Shown here piece after piece: positions 9,653 to 22,500 of a DNA stretch of 64,000 nt (positions are counted from its first letter, which is position 1; every line of letters starts with the position of its first letter). Source of the DNA: a virus (Duplodnaviria > Caudoviricetes). The notes beneath the pieces were generated by a model that saw only the letters and a program-made list of their open reading frames with translations, was not told the origin of the DNA and did not search any database. The stretch lies in IMG/VR virus record IMGVR_UViG_3300021399_000098. One strand, 5' to 3'. The position numbers and the translations under genes were made by a program.

Positions 9653-12600
9653 TTATCCTTCAATTATTTTAAAATATCCATTTCCATATTGTTCCAATGC
9701 TTCTAAACTAGTTACCTCTCCTAGTTTCAAATGTTTTTCGTAAGAAGCATTTATTCCTCTGTCTATATAAATATCAGAATCTACGTTTTCAATCGATGAA
9801 ATACCAAATCTATATTCCTCCCTGAAGGTTGGAAATACTTGCATTCCATTATGTGTTTCCATGTCTTTCTTGGTGCTGTATGTATCAGCAGTACCATTTC
9901 CGCTAAACACGTTTATTTCCGTGTAGAAATTTGACAATGGAGCTTCATAAGGCTCATCATATATCGAATTGCGAACAACATGGTTATTTTGTCTCAAATT
10001 ATATACATATACTGGATAGCTAACCGAATGTACTGAATGTTTTTTAATCAATTCTTTAGGTAAAGCCAACAAAGGATTTTTACGCTTTTTCATGAAATAC
10101 TCTCTCCTCTCCTTTACGAATTGAACTGTTTCAACGTATTTTACGCCCATATTGTAATTAGTATCATTGGCAAGCACGAATCTTTTACTAAGTTTTTTAT
10201 CTTCGTCATATTTGTTTGGACATTCGCCTTCTGTCCTTTTCAATGTTGCCCCAATATAATATGTTATGTCACAGTATATATCATCCTCATACAAGTTATC
10301 GTGGTCATTATCCTTTATTTTGGTAAGTCTTTGTATCACCCCTAAAGATGTATATCTTGGTGTACATTCATTAAGAGTTATTACAGATGTCACATTTGGA
10401 AGAATTCTTCCGTCACGTGTCTTGAAATAGAATTTCATTTGGGTTATAATATCACCAACAAAATAGTTTGTACCATCCGTAACGTCCTCCGTCTTCTCGG
10501 CAGTTAAGCTAAACCTAGAGACACCATATACATTTCCTACTTGATACAAAAGCTCCAACTCCCTACCTTCTTGTGGCTGATGATTCATAGTTCCTAGAGC
10601 AGATTTGCCAGGTTCTGCCCTAAACTCTTCCAAGTCGTATATACCGTCAATCTCATTTCCGACATCATCAACTAGATAGTTTAACTTCTTCAAATCTTGA
10701 AGCTTTGATGCAGTACGACCAGTTATTACTCTTGCATTGTACACTTCAAAATCAATAACACGATTTATTACAACATCATTGCCGTCAATAGATGCTTCGT
10801 TGGTGTCTAATTCATTCAGTATGTTGTAAGAATAGTACGAATACACTTTTAATTTATTTTTATCGTTTTTCTTTATATACACCCTAGTATCACCACTGAT
10901 TTGACAATATCCGCTTATAATAGGCAGTTCATACATACTAGTCTGAACAGATTCATCCCCATCTTTCACGATGTAATATGTGCCGTTGTATAGGATATAT
11001 TTTTTAGTTTTATCACTAAGCCCAATAACTGGAAATGTCCTATAATTGCTTATGTTGAACGTTTCACCACTGCATGACTCTTCAAGTGTAATTGGATTCT
11101 CTGAAGGGAAGAATGGGAAATAATACAACATTTCAGGTTCATAGAAATCTGCATATATCTTTTTCCCATTTATTATCGTATATGGTGTGTTAGTTCCATC
11201 TTCTCTGTATACGAAATATGTTTTTCCACTAAGATAACTGTTAGACTTATCATAAACACCATATTCGCTTTCAAGTATTTCATACAATTCTTCGTTATCC
11301 AAAGCCCAACCGTTTTCATTGGTGATTATAGGATATTTTGAAGACATTTGACTACGAAGGTTTTCCCTTGCAGATTCAATTGTATCGGCAGTTGATGTAT
11401 ATATTGCATTATTATCATCAAAACAATAGAAATTATAATTAATTTTAAACTCTTTTTCAATTGAATACGTACCAATTATACCGTTGTCACTAACACCACT
11501 TTGAGGTATTGCGTACAAGTCAACAACTAAGTCTTCACAAGTGCAAACCTTGCTATTAGGACAACTAACGTTCAAACCTTCTTGAAAAAGGTCGCATGTG
11601 CTACATAATTGGTTATTATACTTAATGTCAAACGTAAATTCCTTAAAAGAATCGCTAGTGTTGGCATCAATTGTTCCTACAATGTGAATATAGCCATTTG
11701 AGAATGTCACATCGTTGGTTAATGTTCCATTATATTTAATTTCTCCATTCAATAATGGAAATAATGGATTTTCGCTTATATACTTGTCAGTATAGCTTTC
11801 AAAACCATCTTCATCATAGTATTTCTCCATAAAGGTCTCATCGAATGTGAATCCATTTCCACTAGTGAGAATTTTTGACTCGCCACTGACTGTAACCACT
11901 GTTCCTACGCTAGTATTTGCACTTTCGTAATGGTTTGCTGTCCTATAGTCAACTCCAAGTTCATAATCCTTAGAAAATATACTTTCTTCTCCCAAATCAT
12001 CAATAGAAACTTGAATTGTTAATGGTAATATTATGGTTGGTGTTAAGCATTCTGATGGGTATTCTCCGCTATAAGAAGCATCAACGTTTGATGTTCTTAG
12101 GATGGTCTCTTGAACATTGGCATTCCATCCACTTAACGCATTAAGCATTCTTGCGCCACCACGATTGAAATACTCTTCACATTCGCAACAGTCATCTTGT
12201 TCCTTGCAGTTCCATTTAGGCATTTCACCGTTTTTACCTTCCACATATAAATCCTCATACATACCTTCTAAGTTTTGAAACCAAGGTATCCATCTTAAAA
12301 CATCTGGGTAATATAGCACAGTTCTATTCCAATAATCCCTATATTCTTTAGGAATTGTAAACGATGGAACAACATTGTCGCAAATCCATCTATAAAATCC
12401 TCTGTCTTCCACGTCAACCATAACTGTTTTATCGCCATCGTACTCATCATGAGCAACTTCAGGACTTACCCACGTATACTCAGACGTGCCTTTATTAAAC
12501 ACCTTAACCCATACAACACCACCTTTGTCAGAAAACTCAGCATCCAAGTCTACATATGTCTGTAAGTCTATTCCGTAAATCATTTGTGAGGCGTATTTAG

Positions 12601-13015
12601 TGCCACTCTCGTAGTTGTAATAGTCCACAGCACTAGTATATACCCTTCCACAGTGTCCGTAGTCTTTAAGGAGCTTATAATACTCCACAAAGAAATGATA
12701 CCAATTGCTCAATGAATGGAAAGATAGTGTGAAGGAACTGAATACATCATAATTATTACTTCCATAACAATGAGTGCCAGTTTCCATTTCATAGTTTTCA
12801 TAAGCCCTTTCACCGTTATATACCGAACTATCTGGTTTGTGGTTCAAAACTATATTGATTGGAATCATACCGTAATTTGATGGGTATAGCCCATCCCTAC
12901 TTGCAATTGAACGCTCGTCAAAATAATATGCGGCATTGTCCTTATATGCAGGTAGTATACTAGGTAGTCTTGACACTAACGGTTCTAATGAAATTTGATG
13001 TGCTATCTTTCTCAT
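9653..13015 (-). CDS. Large putative structural protein (1120 aa)
   Basis: Long ORF with ATGA overlap with the upstream gene; operon context. Confidence 0.55.
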   Translation of the reverse strand: MRKIAHQISLEPLVSRLPSILPAYKDNAAYYFDERSIASRDGLYPSNYGMIPINIVLNHKPDSSVYNGERAYENYEMETGTHCYGSNNYDVFSSFTLSFHSLSNWYHFFVEYYKLLKDYGHCGRVYTSAVDYYNYESGTKYASQMIYGIDLQTYVDLDAEFSDKGGVVWVKVFNKGTSEYTWVSPEVAHDEYDGDKTVMVDVEDRGFYRWICDNVVPSFTIPKEYRDYWNRTVLYYPDVLRWIPWFQNLEGMYEDLYVEGKNGEMPKWNCKEQDDCCECEEYFNRGGARMLNALSGWNANVQETILRTSNVDASYSGEYPSECLTPTIILPLTIQVSIDDLGEESIFSKDYELGVDYRTANHYESANTSVGTVVTVSGESKILTSGNGFTFDETFMEKYYDEDGFESYTDKYISENPLFPLLNGEIKYNGTLTNDVTFSNGYIHIVGTIDANTSDSFKEFTFDIKYNNQLCSTCDLFQEGLNVSCPNSKVCTCEDLVVDLYAIPQSGVSDNGIIGTYSIEKEFKINYNFYCFDDNNAIYTSTADTIESARENLRSQMSSKYPIITNENGWALDNEELYEILESEYGVYDKSNSYLSGKTYFVYREDGTNTPYTIINGKKIYADFYEPEMLYYFPFFPSENPITLEESCSGETFNISNYRTFPVIGLSDKTKKYILYNGTYYIVKDGDESVQTSMYELPIISGYCQISGDTRVYIKKNDKNKLKVYSYYSYNILNELDTNEASIDGNDVVINRVIDFEVYNARVITGRTASKLQDLKKLNYLVDDVGNEIDGIYDLEEFRAEPGKSALGTMNHQPQEGRELELLYQVGNVYGVSRFSLTAEKTEDVTDGTNYFVGDIITQMKFYFKTRDGRILPNVTSVITLNECTPRYTSLGVIQRLTKIKDNDHDNLYEDDIYCDITYYIGATLKRTEGECPNKYDEDKKLSKRFVLANDTNYNMGVKYVETVQFVKERREYFMKKRKNPLLALPKELIKKHSVHSVSYPVYVYNLRQNNHVVRNSIYDEPYEAPLSNFYTEINVFSGNGTADTYSTKKDMETHNGMQVFPTFREEYRFGISSIENVDSDIYIDRGINASYEKHLKLGEVTSLEALEQYGNGYFKIIEG

Positions 13016-16000
13016 TCTACTTCCTTGTTAAATTGTGTTATGTCGAATTGTTCAGTGTTTACGTTTACTATAGCCCTTATTGGGTTGTTCTGTGTAATGT
13101 CTTTTTGTATCTCCTTTTGAGCTTCTTCGCTTTTATTGCCCCATACTTCTTCCATGATTTTCATTTCAAATAGATTTATATTAACCTCATCATCTACCAC
13201 ATCTATATACCTGCTGTCAAAGACATAGGCATATTCCTTGTTTATAAAATCATATACAGCGTATAATGGAATGTATGTCTGGGCATACACATATGCCAAT
13301 GGCATACCATTTTTCATTTCTTTAACATCATTTTTATTCTTCAAAAAAAGTCTCCTTTCTGGAACCATTTTATTTGAACCCTCTTCCATTTCTTCCCAAT
13401 GCATAGGAATTACGAATGGAATGGTTTTTCCGATTCCAGCGTGATTGAACTCGATTTTCATGTATATTGGCTTTGGATGAAGCCTTTCTGTATATTCTCT
13501 GAAGATATACAAGTAGAATCCTTCTGAAGACGTGTCGGTTTTGTACTTGTTCACAATTTCCATCCTAGAACTGATTCTCTTTGTTTCATCTATGACAATA
13601 TGGCTAGAATCAGTGGAAGCTGAAGAATAATCGATTTTATTCTTTTTCTTACCTAAGAACTCAGTATTGACACTTATTTTTGAAGTTTTGTTTAGATTTG
13701 TTATGTCTTCTTTAGGAACTACTGTATATCCGTTTTCCTTCTTAAACTGTGGCTCTTCAACAAACCCATAATCGTTTACGTTCTTTCTAGAATTGTCAAT
13801 AAATCTCTTATACAGTTTATGCTCATCAATGAAAACACAAGATGTTGCTAATAAAGACTGAGTTTGTGGGTCTGTGGAATCGTAGAATGATAACCTAGCA
13901 AACGTCTTGGCAACCTTAGACTTTTGGTAGAATATGTCATCATTTGTGAAATAAAGCAATCCCATCAAGTCAGATGTCTCTTGCAATGTATCACCGCTTG
14001 CAGCCCTAGTTTCGTCATCGTTTAGAATTCCCTTATAAGGATGAAAATCGGTAATGAACCAGTTATCTGTGCTATTTGTGTTATCTTCCGTATCTCCACT
14101 AGTCTCATAGTTATTATACCCATCATTCACCTTCCAAGATTCCAAATTCCTAGTCCTAAAGTGGAAATTTAGGTTAATCTTCTCTATTGGATTGAAAACA
14201 GTTGTAGAACCTTCGTACCTATCTCCTACGATATACTTAGGCAAATATACGTCCTTTTCCATGTCCACAATAGGGTTGATGGCCTTTTCCTTCTCAACCT
14301 CATAGAAGTTCTTCGTGACAATATCGTCTTGCATGTAGTTGTTTGCCACGTTCATGTCTAAATTCAAAGGAATGTGAATATATCCACTGTTCACATACAC
14401 TTTCAAATCATCAAACAAGTTATAGAAATCATCAGTGGACGTTGGGGTGCTGTTAGCTTTAAATCCCAATTCCTTTTCTATTATGTCTTCTCCGAATATC
14501 TTATTTTCAATGGATAAGGTCATTATCCTTTGGTTCGAAACAACATCTTCACAAATAACACTGCTGACTAATCTCATGAATTCATCTGGGAAATCACTCT
14601 CGTCAAAACTAGGTTTGCAAATATACATTGAACTTCCCATGATTTCACTTATGACAAATGGGTATTTGTTTTTAAACGGCAAATTTGCATACAGTTTTTT
14701 TGAGTCCGATACCAAATCAGTAATGTCAATATCTTTTTCGTATTCTTGGATTATATATGTTTCACCATTTATGGTAACACCACTATAAGGTTTTATATCA
14801 TAAATACTTGTCGTTGCAGAAGCGCCAGAAGAACAACCACTAACAATGAGACCATATCTTTTTAACTGTCCAGCCCTATGCTTTCCGCCATCAATATTTT
14901 CTATTGAAAATGGCACTTCTTCGCCATCAATGTTGACAAAACAGTCCGCGCTCTTAACTTTACCTCTTTCAACGTCAGGTACATATCTAATGTCATATTC
15001 TTTTATATTGGTAGAATATTCTCCTATGGTGTCATTTATTTCAACTTTGTCTTTAATGTTTTTTTCAACTAGATATTTTTTACCATTATAAAGGATGAAA
15101 AGTATCTCATCTTCGCTCTCATCGTCAGTTTCACTTGCGACTTCACTAGACTCTATATCTTCCTCACTTTCAGTGTCAGCAGAATCACCAGATGATGCAT
15201 CAGACACATAATCATTCTGGTCATACACCAATGACTGAAAACCCCTATCTGTGGTGTCATCTGAAAACACTATCTTATCGCCAACGTTAAGAGGAGCATA
15301 AGAATCGTTTAGATAAACCACAATTTCCCTTCCATCGTTGGAACTCAAAATATTATGACTAACATCAAAATAAGCATCGTCAATCTTAATGAAAGCCTTA
15401 ATGTCTTTCAAATCGTTAAGGTCATACACACCATGAACGTCTGCATGGTCACTGTCTATTTTATAGCCGCTATTCCAACAAACGTCATATTCTGTGTTCA
15501 AACTTCCATCTATGTAATAAAGCGGAAAATACTTTTCCTCTAAGTTACCGTCCATTGTGTTGGCACTTAACACATATTTTGGAATACTGCACACAAAACT
15601 GAAACTATTACCACTTACAATTTGCTTAACCATGCAATGATGGTTCTTGTAGGTCACGAAATAATAATACTTACAAAAGGTAATCTTTTCAAAGTCTTTA
15701 TCTACAGAGTCTTCTTTCGTCAACTTTATCTTTGTAACTTCTTCATATTCTGTTGCGGATTTATAAGGATAACATATTATCTCATCACAGTCCGTTATTG
15801 CCGAAGCCTCCAATGCTTCGCCATCTTCCGTGTATTTTATAACTCCGTTATCAACCTTGCACTGGTCGCACACCTCGTCTTTCGTGTATATATAGTTAAC
15901 TCCATCTATTTCAACAAAATCATCCTCAATCCAAGACACGGCATCAATCTTAAGTGGTTCACCATCATCAGGTTTTTCAACTTCTATGTGGTCATATATA

Positions 16001-16428
16001 AATTGAGCATCTTCTCCACTCTCTACATCAACAGCTTTCACCGCATTCAATAGATTATCAATGGTATAGCCACTGACACCTTTTCTCAACTCATGTTCAT
16101 AAAAATACTTTCCATTGATGAACACATATTTGTATTCAATGTCTTCGTCTGTAGTAAAATTATGGTATGTGTCATGTTTGATTTCGAAGGTTTTACCTGA
16201 CATTACGATGAAACCTTTTCTTATCACGTTATGACAATCAACCTTTAACGTGTTGTCGGTGTTATTGATGCTGTTTGTTGAAGCCAAATAGTCAAACTTT
16301 TCCAAATGGTAACTTGGAGAGGTTACACCTGAAACGTAAGAAAGGTCTGGAGAAAGGTATTTCTCTCTCCAAACGATTTTATCTCTTTTGAAATTGCTTT
16401 CGTTAAGTTTTATACTATACTTTAACAT
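13012..16428 (-). CDS. Large putative structural protein (1138 aa)
   Basis: Long ORF overlapping its neighbours; internal acidic linker; operon context. Confidence 0.55.
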   Translation of the reverse strand: MLKYSIKLNESNFKRDKIVWREKYLSPDLSYVSGVTSPSYHLEKFDYLASTNSINNTDNTLKVDCHNVIRKGFIVMSGKTFEIKHDTYHNFTTDEDIEYKYVFINGKYFYEHELRKGVSGYTIDNLLNAVKAVDVESGEDAQFIYDHIEVEKPDDGEPLKIDAVSWIEDDFVEIDGVNYIYTKDEVCDQCKVDNGVIKYTEDGEALEASAITDCDEIICYPYKSATEYEEVTKIKLTKEDSVDKDFEKITFCKYYYFVTYKNHHCMVKQIVSGNSFSFVCSIPKYVLSANTMDGNLEEKYFPLYYIDGSLNTEYDVCWNSGYKIDSDHADVHGVYDLNDLKDIKAFIKIDDAYFDVSHNILSSNDGREIVVYLNDSYAPLNVGDKIVFSDDTTDRGFQSLVYDQNDYVSDASSGDSADTESEEDIESSEVASETDDESEDEILFILYNGKKYLVEKNIKDKVEINDTIGEYSTNIKEYDIRYVPDVERGKVKSADCFVNIDGEEVPFSIENIDGGKHRAGQLKRYGLIVSGCSSGASATTSIYDIKPYSGVTINGETYIIQEYEKDIDITDLVSDSKKLYANLPFKNKYPFVISEIMGSSMYICKPSFDESDFPDEFMRLVSSVICEDVVSNQRIMTLSIENKIFGEDIIEKELGFKANSTPTSTDDFYNLFDDLKVYVNSGYIHIPLNLDMNVANNYMQDDIVTKNFYEVEKEKAINPIVDMEKDVYLPKYIVGDRYEGSTTVFNPIEKINLNFHFRTRNLESWKVNDGYNNYETSGDTEDNTNSTDNWFITDFHPYKGILNDDETRAASGDTLQETSDLMGLLYFTNDDIFYQKSKVAKTFARLSFYDSTDPQTQSLLATSCVFIDEHKLYKRFIDNSRKNVNDYGFVEEPQFKKENGYTVVPKEDITNLNKTSKISVNTEFLGKKKNKIDYSSASTDSSHIVIDETKRISSRMEIVNKYKTDTSSEGFYLYIFREYTERLHPKPIYMKIEFNHAGIGKTIPFVIPMHWEEMEEGSNKMVPERRLFLKNKNDVKEMKNGMPLAYVYAQTYIPLYAVYDFINKEYAYVFDSRYIDVVDDEVNINLFEMKIMEEVWGNKSEEAQKEIQKDITQNNPIRAIVNVNTEQFDITQFNKEVE

Positions 16429-19400
16429 TCTATTTCAGTGTCTTTTACGTAGTTATCCTCAGTAGAAATATCAAGTTCTTGACCCATTACATCAGTTTCA
16501 TTGTACATTCCCCACTCTGCAATTGGGTCTTGTCTTCTAACATAAATATTTATGTTTCTGTTTATATAAAACGCCCCATTTGTGAACGGATATTCCTCTA
16601 CCGTATCATCACTCTTATTCAAACCGTTGTTAATAACGTTTCGCCATATAATTCTACAAGTTCCGTCTTTAAGCACCCTAGCATAGCTAGGAACATCCAA
16701 GTTATCCATCTTGAACAGTTTGTACTTATTCAAAGGATATGTCAAATCTGCGGCTTCCTCAGTACCCTCCTTGTAAACCTTGCATGTGAAAACCTTATAA
16801 TTATCATTAGTTCCACTTACAGTTATACAGTCGTAATATTCATCAGTTTCCTTGTTGTAAATCATTGTCTTATCACCTGGTGATAGGAAGTGTTGCTGCA
16901 ATGTCGTAATGGAATATCTACCATTTTGTAAGTCATCAAGTCTTCTCATCGTCAAGAAGTCTGGCACTATCGTCTGCAACTTGTCAAATGTCTTGATTGG
17001 TATTTTGTAATGTGGGGCATAGTAATAACCTTCCTTGAATGCGTTAACCCCTTCCACTAATGCAGTTCTTCCACTATATACTTGACTAGTATCGTAATCA
17101 TCATACGCTATTTCATCGTAGCAATAGGTTTTGAAGTAATCACCTGAAGGAGTATTATCAGTTTCCCTTTGCGCAGTATTAAACCTTTGCATTACTTGCT
17201 GAATTGGTCTTTCCACTGCATTGTAACCATCATAATAGCACAAATCACCATAAAAATGCTTATCAGTGTTGTACCACACCTCTTCTTTGGGTACTTGAAT
17301 TTCATTTCCATCACTGTCTTTATATGACCTATCATTTGGGTTTATAACACCACCAATCAAATATCCAAAAGTAGGGTCAGCGTTCAAGTTATGAATCTTA
17401 TAAATCGATGAAATAGACTTTTCATATTTTGATTCTATTGACGTTTCTATTCCGCATGTAATCTTACCGAAGCAATGGGAATATTCTACAGTATCACCAG
17501 ATATTTTATCCTCACTCCAACTAGGGTAGTCAAATCCGTACCACTCTTTATAACCCATGTTGTTCTTAATAAACGTTATATAAAGGTCTGTGATAGGTCT
17601 TCCCAAGTTATCCTTTATATTTGAAATGTCTATGTCATCCGTGAACACAAGCTCGCCTATTCCGTCATTGTAGATGTTCTTGGCAAATGCCAAACGGCTT
17701 ATGTGGTTTTCAAATTCGTATTCTCTGTCTTGATAGGTGTCTATCATTTCAGCATTGTTTCTGTATATCTGATACTCATTTGATGTGTCACCACTAGCAT
17801 ACTTGAAATTAGGTAATCTAGAGAAAATCCTGATATAATAATCGCACTCAATGTCATTGACAACCTTCTTATATGATATGCGCTGTGCCTTATCGTCAAA
17901 ATTAACATAATCACCATTCACTATATAATAATGCTCATCCCCTACACTAGGGTCACCATCATCTGCGCTTATATAGTATTTCTTGTTTGTATCTAATTTG
18001 AATCCCCTCGTTTCGTCACCAAAAACAACCTTCAAAGGTGTTTCTGTGTCCTTTTTCTCCGCATCTGTCAACAGTACCCAATAATTGCCTATTTGAATAT
18101 CTGCGCCAAAGACAGTAAAGATGTAATCATCTACCACTTCAGTAACTTCGGCATTGTTTAAAACTTGTCTATTAACTGTAACGTTTTTTTCGCTAACCAC
18201 CTCAAAATCACTTGGTTTACCTTCATCACTGACTAATATTGCCATAGCATCATTGGCCTCTTCTTCCGTTTCAAATTTCTCAGTGACCCTTGTGCCACCT
18301 GAATTGATGTCAGAATTGATGTCAATCTTCTCAACCCAATATAAATCAGTGACATAAGTCTTGTAAATGTTCACATAATCACCTACACTCAATCCATGTT
18401 TCGCTATACTGTATATGACAATTTGTGACGTTCCGTTATCAGCCCTAGTATTCTCATCGAAATAGACCGCTTTCAAAGAGTTAATACCATCGTTACACTC
18501 TATAATGTCTGAGAATGGGCTATATATTTTTTTTCCTGTTTCCTCATTGATTTTAATATAAGGCGTAAACGATGAACTAGGATATGTAATGCAATAGTTC
18601 CAATTCTTTTCGATTCTCCTCCTATAAGGATTGAACTTAGGTATGAATGAATACAAATCCCTTGATGGGTACATATCAACAAAATCACCACCGTTTACAT
18701 TCATGATAGGTCTTTCTATCTTCAACTCATCACCCACTTCTTTAGCTTTTTGGAAATCTTTGTACGACTTGATTTTTGACCTATTGTAAAATCCTAGCCA
18801 TCCGTTGTATTTCTTTATCAGCTTCGTCTTATAGCACTCTTCAAAAGAATCTATGTCATCATACTCATATAGATGCATTGTTATTTCCTTTTTGTTACCT
18901 GCAACTCCAGCGTCAATTGGAAAATACAAGTTTTCAACCACATTATTACCATTAACATCGCGCATTAAATCAAACATAGTATTAAATGCTTGGTAATCAT
19001 CGTCCAAATATCTACAAATGGTTTTAAATGTTTTGCTTCTTATAAGATGGTTATTGAAAATGTCAAATCCACAGTGATATGTAAAACCAACGTCACTGCT
19101 TGAAAGTTCAGTGTCTCTTATTGAATTTGTACATGCCGATGAAGAAGGTTCACTTAAAGTGTAAACAGAATTTTCGGTTGAAAAGTAGTTCATTGTATTT
19201 CCAGACCAAAAGTTCATTGTATGAGGTTTATATGGAACATTTTCAAACAACGAATTTTCTCCGATTCCATAGTTAATGAAAGCAACGTTTTCGCTTCCTT
19301 CGTCCTTAACTATTTCTGTTATTCTGTTAAACAACACATTTGAGCAGATTGGATTAATTTGACAAGTAAGCCTTATGATGTTACATTTTTCCCTTTCCTC

Positions 19401-19547
19401 AACGTATTGGTCATATTGACTTATAACCTCGCCAATGTCACCCAAGGGTAGAAGTTTTTTCCTACCCTTGAGTTCAACATCCAAACCACCACTTGTGTTG
19501 GAAGCTGTTTTGCTATCGTATTTGTTCAAAAAAATCTTTGTATCCAT
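16422..19547 (-). CDS. Large putative structural protein (1041 aa)
   Basis: Long ORF in the baseplate operon. Confidence 0.55.
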   Translation of the reverse strand: MDTKIFLNKYDSKTASNTSGGLDVELKGRKKLLPLGDIGEVISQYDQYVEEREKCNIIRLTCQINPICSNVLFNRITEIVKDEGSENVAFINYGIGENSLFENVPYKPHTMNFWSGNTMNYFSTENSVYTLSEPSSSACTNSIRDTELSSSDVGFTYHCGFDIFNNHLIRSKTFKTICRYLDDDYQAFNTMFDLMRDVNGNNVVENLYFPIDAGVAGNKKEITMHLYEYDDIDSFEECYKTKLIKKYNGWLGFYNRSKIKSYKDFQKAKEVGDELKIERPIMNVNGGDFVDMYPSRDLYSFIPKFNPYRRRIEKNWNYCITYPSSSFTPYIKINEETGKKIYSPFSDIIECNDGINSLKAVYFDENTRADNGTSQIVIYSIAKHGLSVGDYVNIYKTYVTDLYWVEKIDINSDINSGGTRVTEKFETEEEANDAMAILVSDEGKPSDFEVVSEKNVTVNRQVLNNAEVTEVVDDYIFTVFGADIQIGNYWVLLTDAEKKDTETPLKVVFGDETRGFKLDTNKKYYISADDGDPSVGDEHYYIVNGDYVNFDDKAQRISYKKVVNDIECDYYIRIFSRLPNFKYASGDTSNEYQIYRNNAEMIDTYQDREYEFENHISRLAFAKNIYNDGIGELVFTDDIDISNIKDNLGRPITDLYITFIKNNMGYKEWYGFDYPSWSEDKISGDTVEYSHCFGKITCGIETSIESKYEKSISSIYKIHNLNADPTFGYLIGGVINPNDRSYKDSDGNEIQVPKEEVWYNTDKHFYGDLCYYDGYNAVERPIQQVMQRFNTAQRETDNTPSGDYFKTYCYDEIAYDDYDTSQVYSGRTALVEGVNAFKEGYYYAPHYKIPIKTFDKLQTIVPDFLTMRRLDDLQNGRYSITTLQQHFLSPGDKTMIYNKETDEYYDCITVSGTNDNYKVFTCKVYKEGTEEAADLTYPLNKYKLFKMDNLDVPSYARVLKDGTCRIIWRNVINNGLNKSDDTVEEYPFTNGAFYINRNINIYVRRQDPIAEWGMYNETDVMGQELDISTEDNYVKDTEIEC

Positions 19548-19548
19548 C

Positions 19549-22500
19549 TTATAAAGAAATACTTATTTCTGTTTTATATTTTGTTCCATCTGTAGCCATT
19601 GTGTCTTTTGGTAAATGGTCTTGGCTTACATAGTTAATTTTGAAATTGATTATTCTATAAGAGAAATTACTCTTTGTCTTTGCATAAATTTCACAATCTA
19701 TACTACCGCCATAATCAGCAAATATACCCATATCTTCAGTCCATCTAATAGAATACCTTATGTATGTGTCATCCCCTTGGATGTATTGCGTAATGTCAAA
19801 AGGAACTAATTCATAATAGTCGTATTTGATTTTAAACTTGAATGTATATGACATCATCTTGTAATCAGCAAATGCCTCACATTGCCTATCTTGGATTGAA
19901 GTTCCACTATTAGTATCAAACTTGAATTGGAATGTTATTACTTGCGTACATATTTTAGTATTACCACTAGTTTCACCAGATGAAGGTGTTATACCAGTAA
20001 CGACCTCAGTGCTAGATGGGTCACTAGGGTCACCAGTAGGAATGTCCTCACTATCTGAGGTAACACCTGTTATCACTTCTGGTGGATAAACTTCAGTTGC
20101 AGCACTAGTTGCTGTAACATAAGACGCAAGTTCACCATTTTCAGGGAATGCAATCAAAGTTCCCAAAAACAAATCTCTACAGTCATATATGTCTGTGGTT
20201 TCAATGCTTCTTATGTGCCTCTTCAAGTTATCACTATCTTGGTATACGTATTCCCTATCAACCAAAATAGTAAATGCTTTAGTTTCCCTTATGTTTAAAT
20301 TTTCTTTTTGGAATACAATGTTAGTGAAAACGTCATCATCTGACAAGATGTATTCACCAAGTTCGTCATCTTCTTTAAAGAACTTACCTAGTAACTTGTC
20401 AGCACCATAGAAGCCCTTTTCTTTGTTTTCATAATTGTCAACAATTTTTACACCCTCTGGAAGCACTACCGTCTGGTCTAAGTCACTATCAAGGATAGAG
20501 AATATTGTCCATGTTGGGCGGTCAAAGGTTAACAGTTCAACATCTTCAATTGCAGCATCTAGTGACTTTCCATCGCCCCATTTACCGAACTCTGTCCTTG
20601 GATTGGCTGTTTTAATATAGCCAATTCCATCAATACCATTGTCGTTAGATGGTTTAATATAAGGCAAAACTTTAATTAACTTAGGTACTTTCGTATACAC
20701 ATCAAAGTAATCATTTGAAAATGATTCAAACTTAAAGTTTACAGAAGCCGTACTAGCTGAAAAATGTATGAAACCACCGTTAAGCGTACCCATATTGTAA
20801 GACACATTAGCATATTTCTTAGTGTCTGCATTAGGTGGGATAAAAGTAATGGCCTTACCAAACTCAATTGATATTTCTGTACTTTCTCCTCCGTTTGCCT
20901 CTGCTATTATTGTTCCATCGTCTTCATTAGATGCCTTTATACCATAAGAGCAACACTGTGTTAAGTAACTAAACGTAGGTGTTTGTGGCAAGTTTCCTAT
21001 GTCAAGATAACGTCTTGATGGATAGCCAGTGCTATTCGGTGTTATATAAGCATTCTCCCTATTAAAATCTTTGTTATATAAACTTGGGATTTCTGATGGA
21101 TATTTGTAGACATAGAAAGGATTATTTAAATTCTTAATGGCGTTTTCTCCACTACCGCTTATTTGTTGACCACCACCACCGTTAGTACAGTATGTAGTTA
21201 GTCTGTTTTGGTTAAAATCAGACCAATACAAATGTCTTATATCAAAATCATATAATTCTGAAGTATAAAATTGCTTGGTAATTGTACGACTAGTAACGTC
21301 TATTCCAGCGTTATATCCAAAACTATTACCCAAATACTTAACAGAATTTTCACTATTCCAAACCGTTTTTGTTGGGTTGGTTTCATAGTTGTAAATGGTT
21401 GTAGCATTGCTGCCAGTATCAGAATCATACTTGTAAGAATATTCCAACCTATTATTACTATTAGCATAAGTATACTTACCAAGTGCTTCATCAAAATGTG
21501 GGTCACCTGAAATGATATTATAATTTTCATCATAAGCCATTTCTATACCATTATAAGTAGTACCACTTAAACGGCCACCTCTCCATATTCTATCCTTTCC
21601 TTTGTCAATATGCAAACTGATGTTGTTGTTATTGACTGAAGGTGCTAACACAATTAAATCATAGTCAAACCTCCTGTCAACATACAATGCTCTCACATAA
21701 GGAAGGGTTCTTCTTAATTTATCGTTATCTAACTGTTGCGTTTGGGCACTATAAACCCAAGAAAAATCTGTAATTTTTCCTTCTTTATCTTGCCCCAATC
21801 TCTTAACACCATTCATAGGGCTAACAGAAGCAAATGACGGTACTCTAGTGATGTTTATGTTGATTCCATCTATTTGGGTATTTGATATATACGAGCCATT
21901 GTGCGTAAACGCTGCAAAATAATTACCCAAAAGATGACTAGTATCAGCCTCATAAACAACATTATTGTAACGAGGTCCAGCATCAGCTTGGAAATCATAT
22001 TCACCATCACTTATTCTTTTTTTATAGTTACTTGTGATTATATTAGGCGCATATTCATTTCCGTCTGTTTGCCACGAATCGGTTAAAAGATATTTATTCT
22101 TAATTTTTGTTGAATCGTCATACATAGGGGCTGCGCTTCTATAAAGCAACGGACTTACGCCACCATTTGCCCTATATGTAAACGTCAGTGAAGAGTCTTT
22201 AGTTACATAAGCACCTTCACATAAGTTAAACATTGAATTAAACTTAAACTTAAGAATATTTCTCCTAATTTCAGGTGTCGTGACAGAATCAGTAATTGTG
22301 CTTATTGCATCTTCCCATATCTCTTGATTCTTTTCAATAGTTGTGTCAAATTTGTATGAGGACTCTTGATGCAATCCATACCAACCGTATGAATTCATGT
22401 CATTTGCTGCGTCAAAAGGCGTACTTTTATACAATTTACTATTGTTGTTAGCAATAGTGGCAGCACTACTATCATTCAACGTGCCAAGCATAAACTTAAC

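Noticed and set aside
11480-11770. BACON/Ig-like insertion in the 1120-aa structural protein
   Set aside because: Only a weak resemblance (IDANTSDSFKEFTFDIKY...Q); needs an HMM search.
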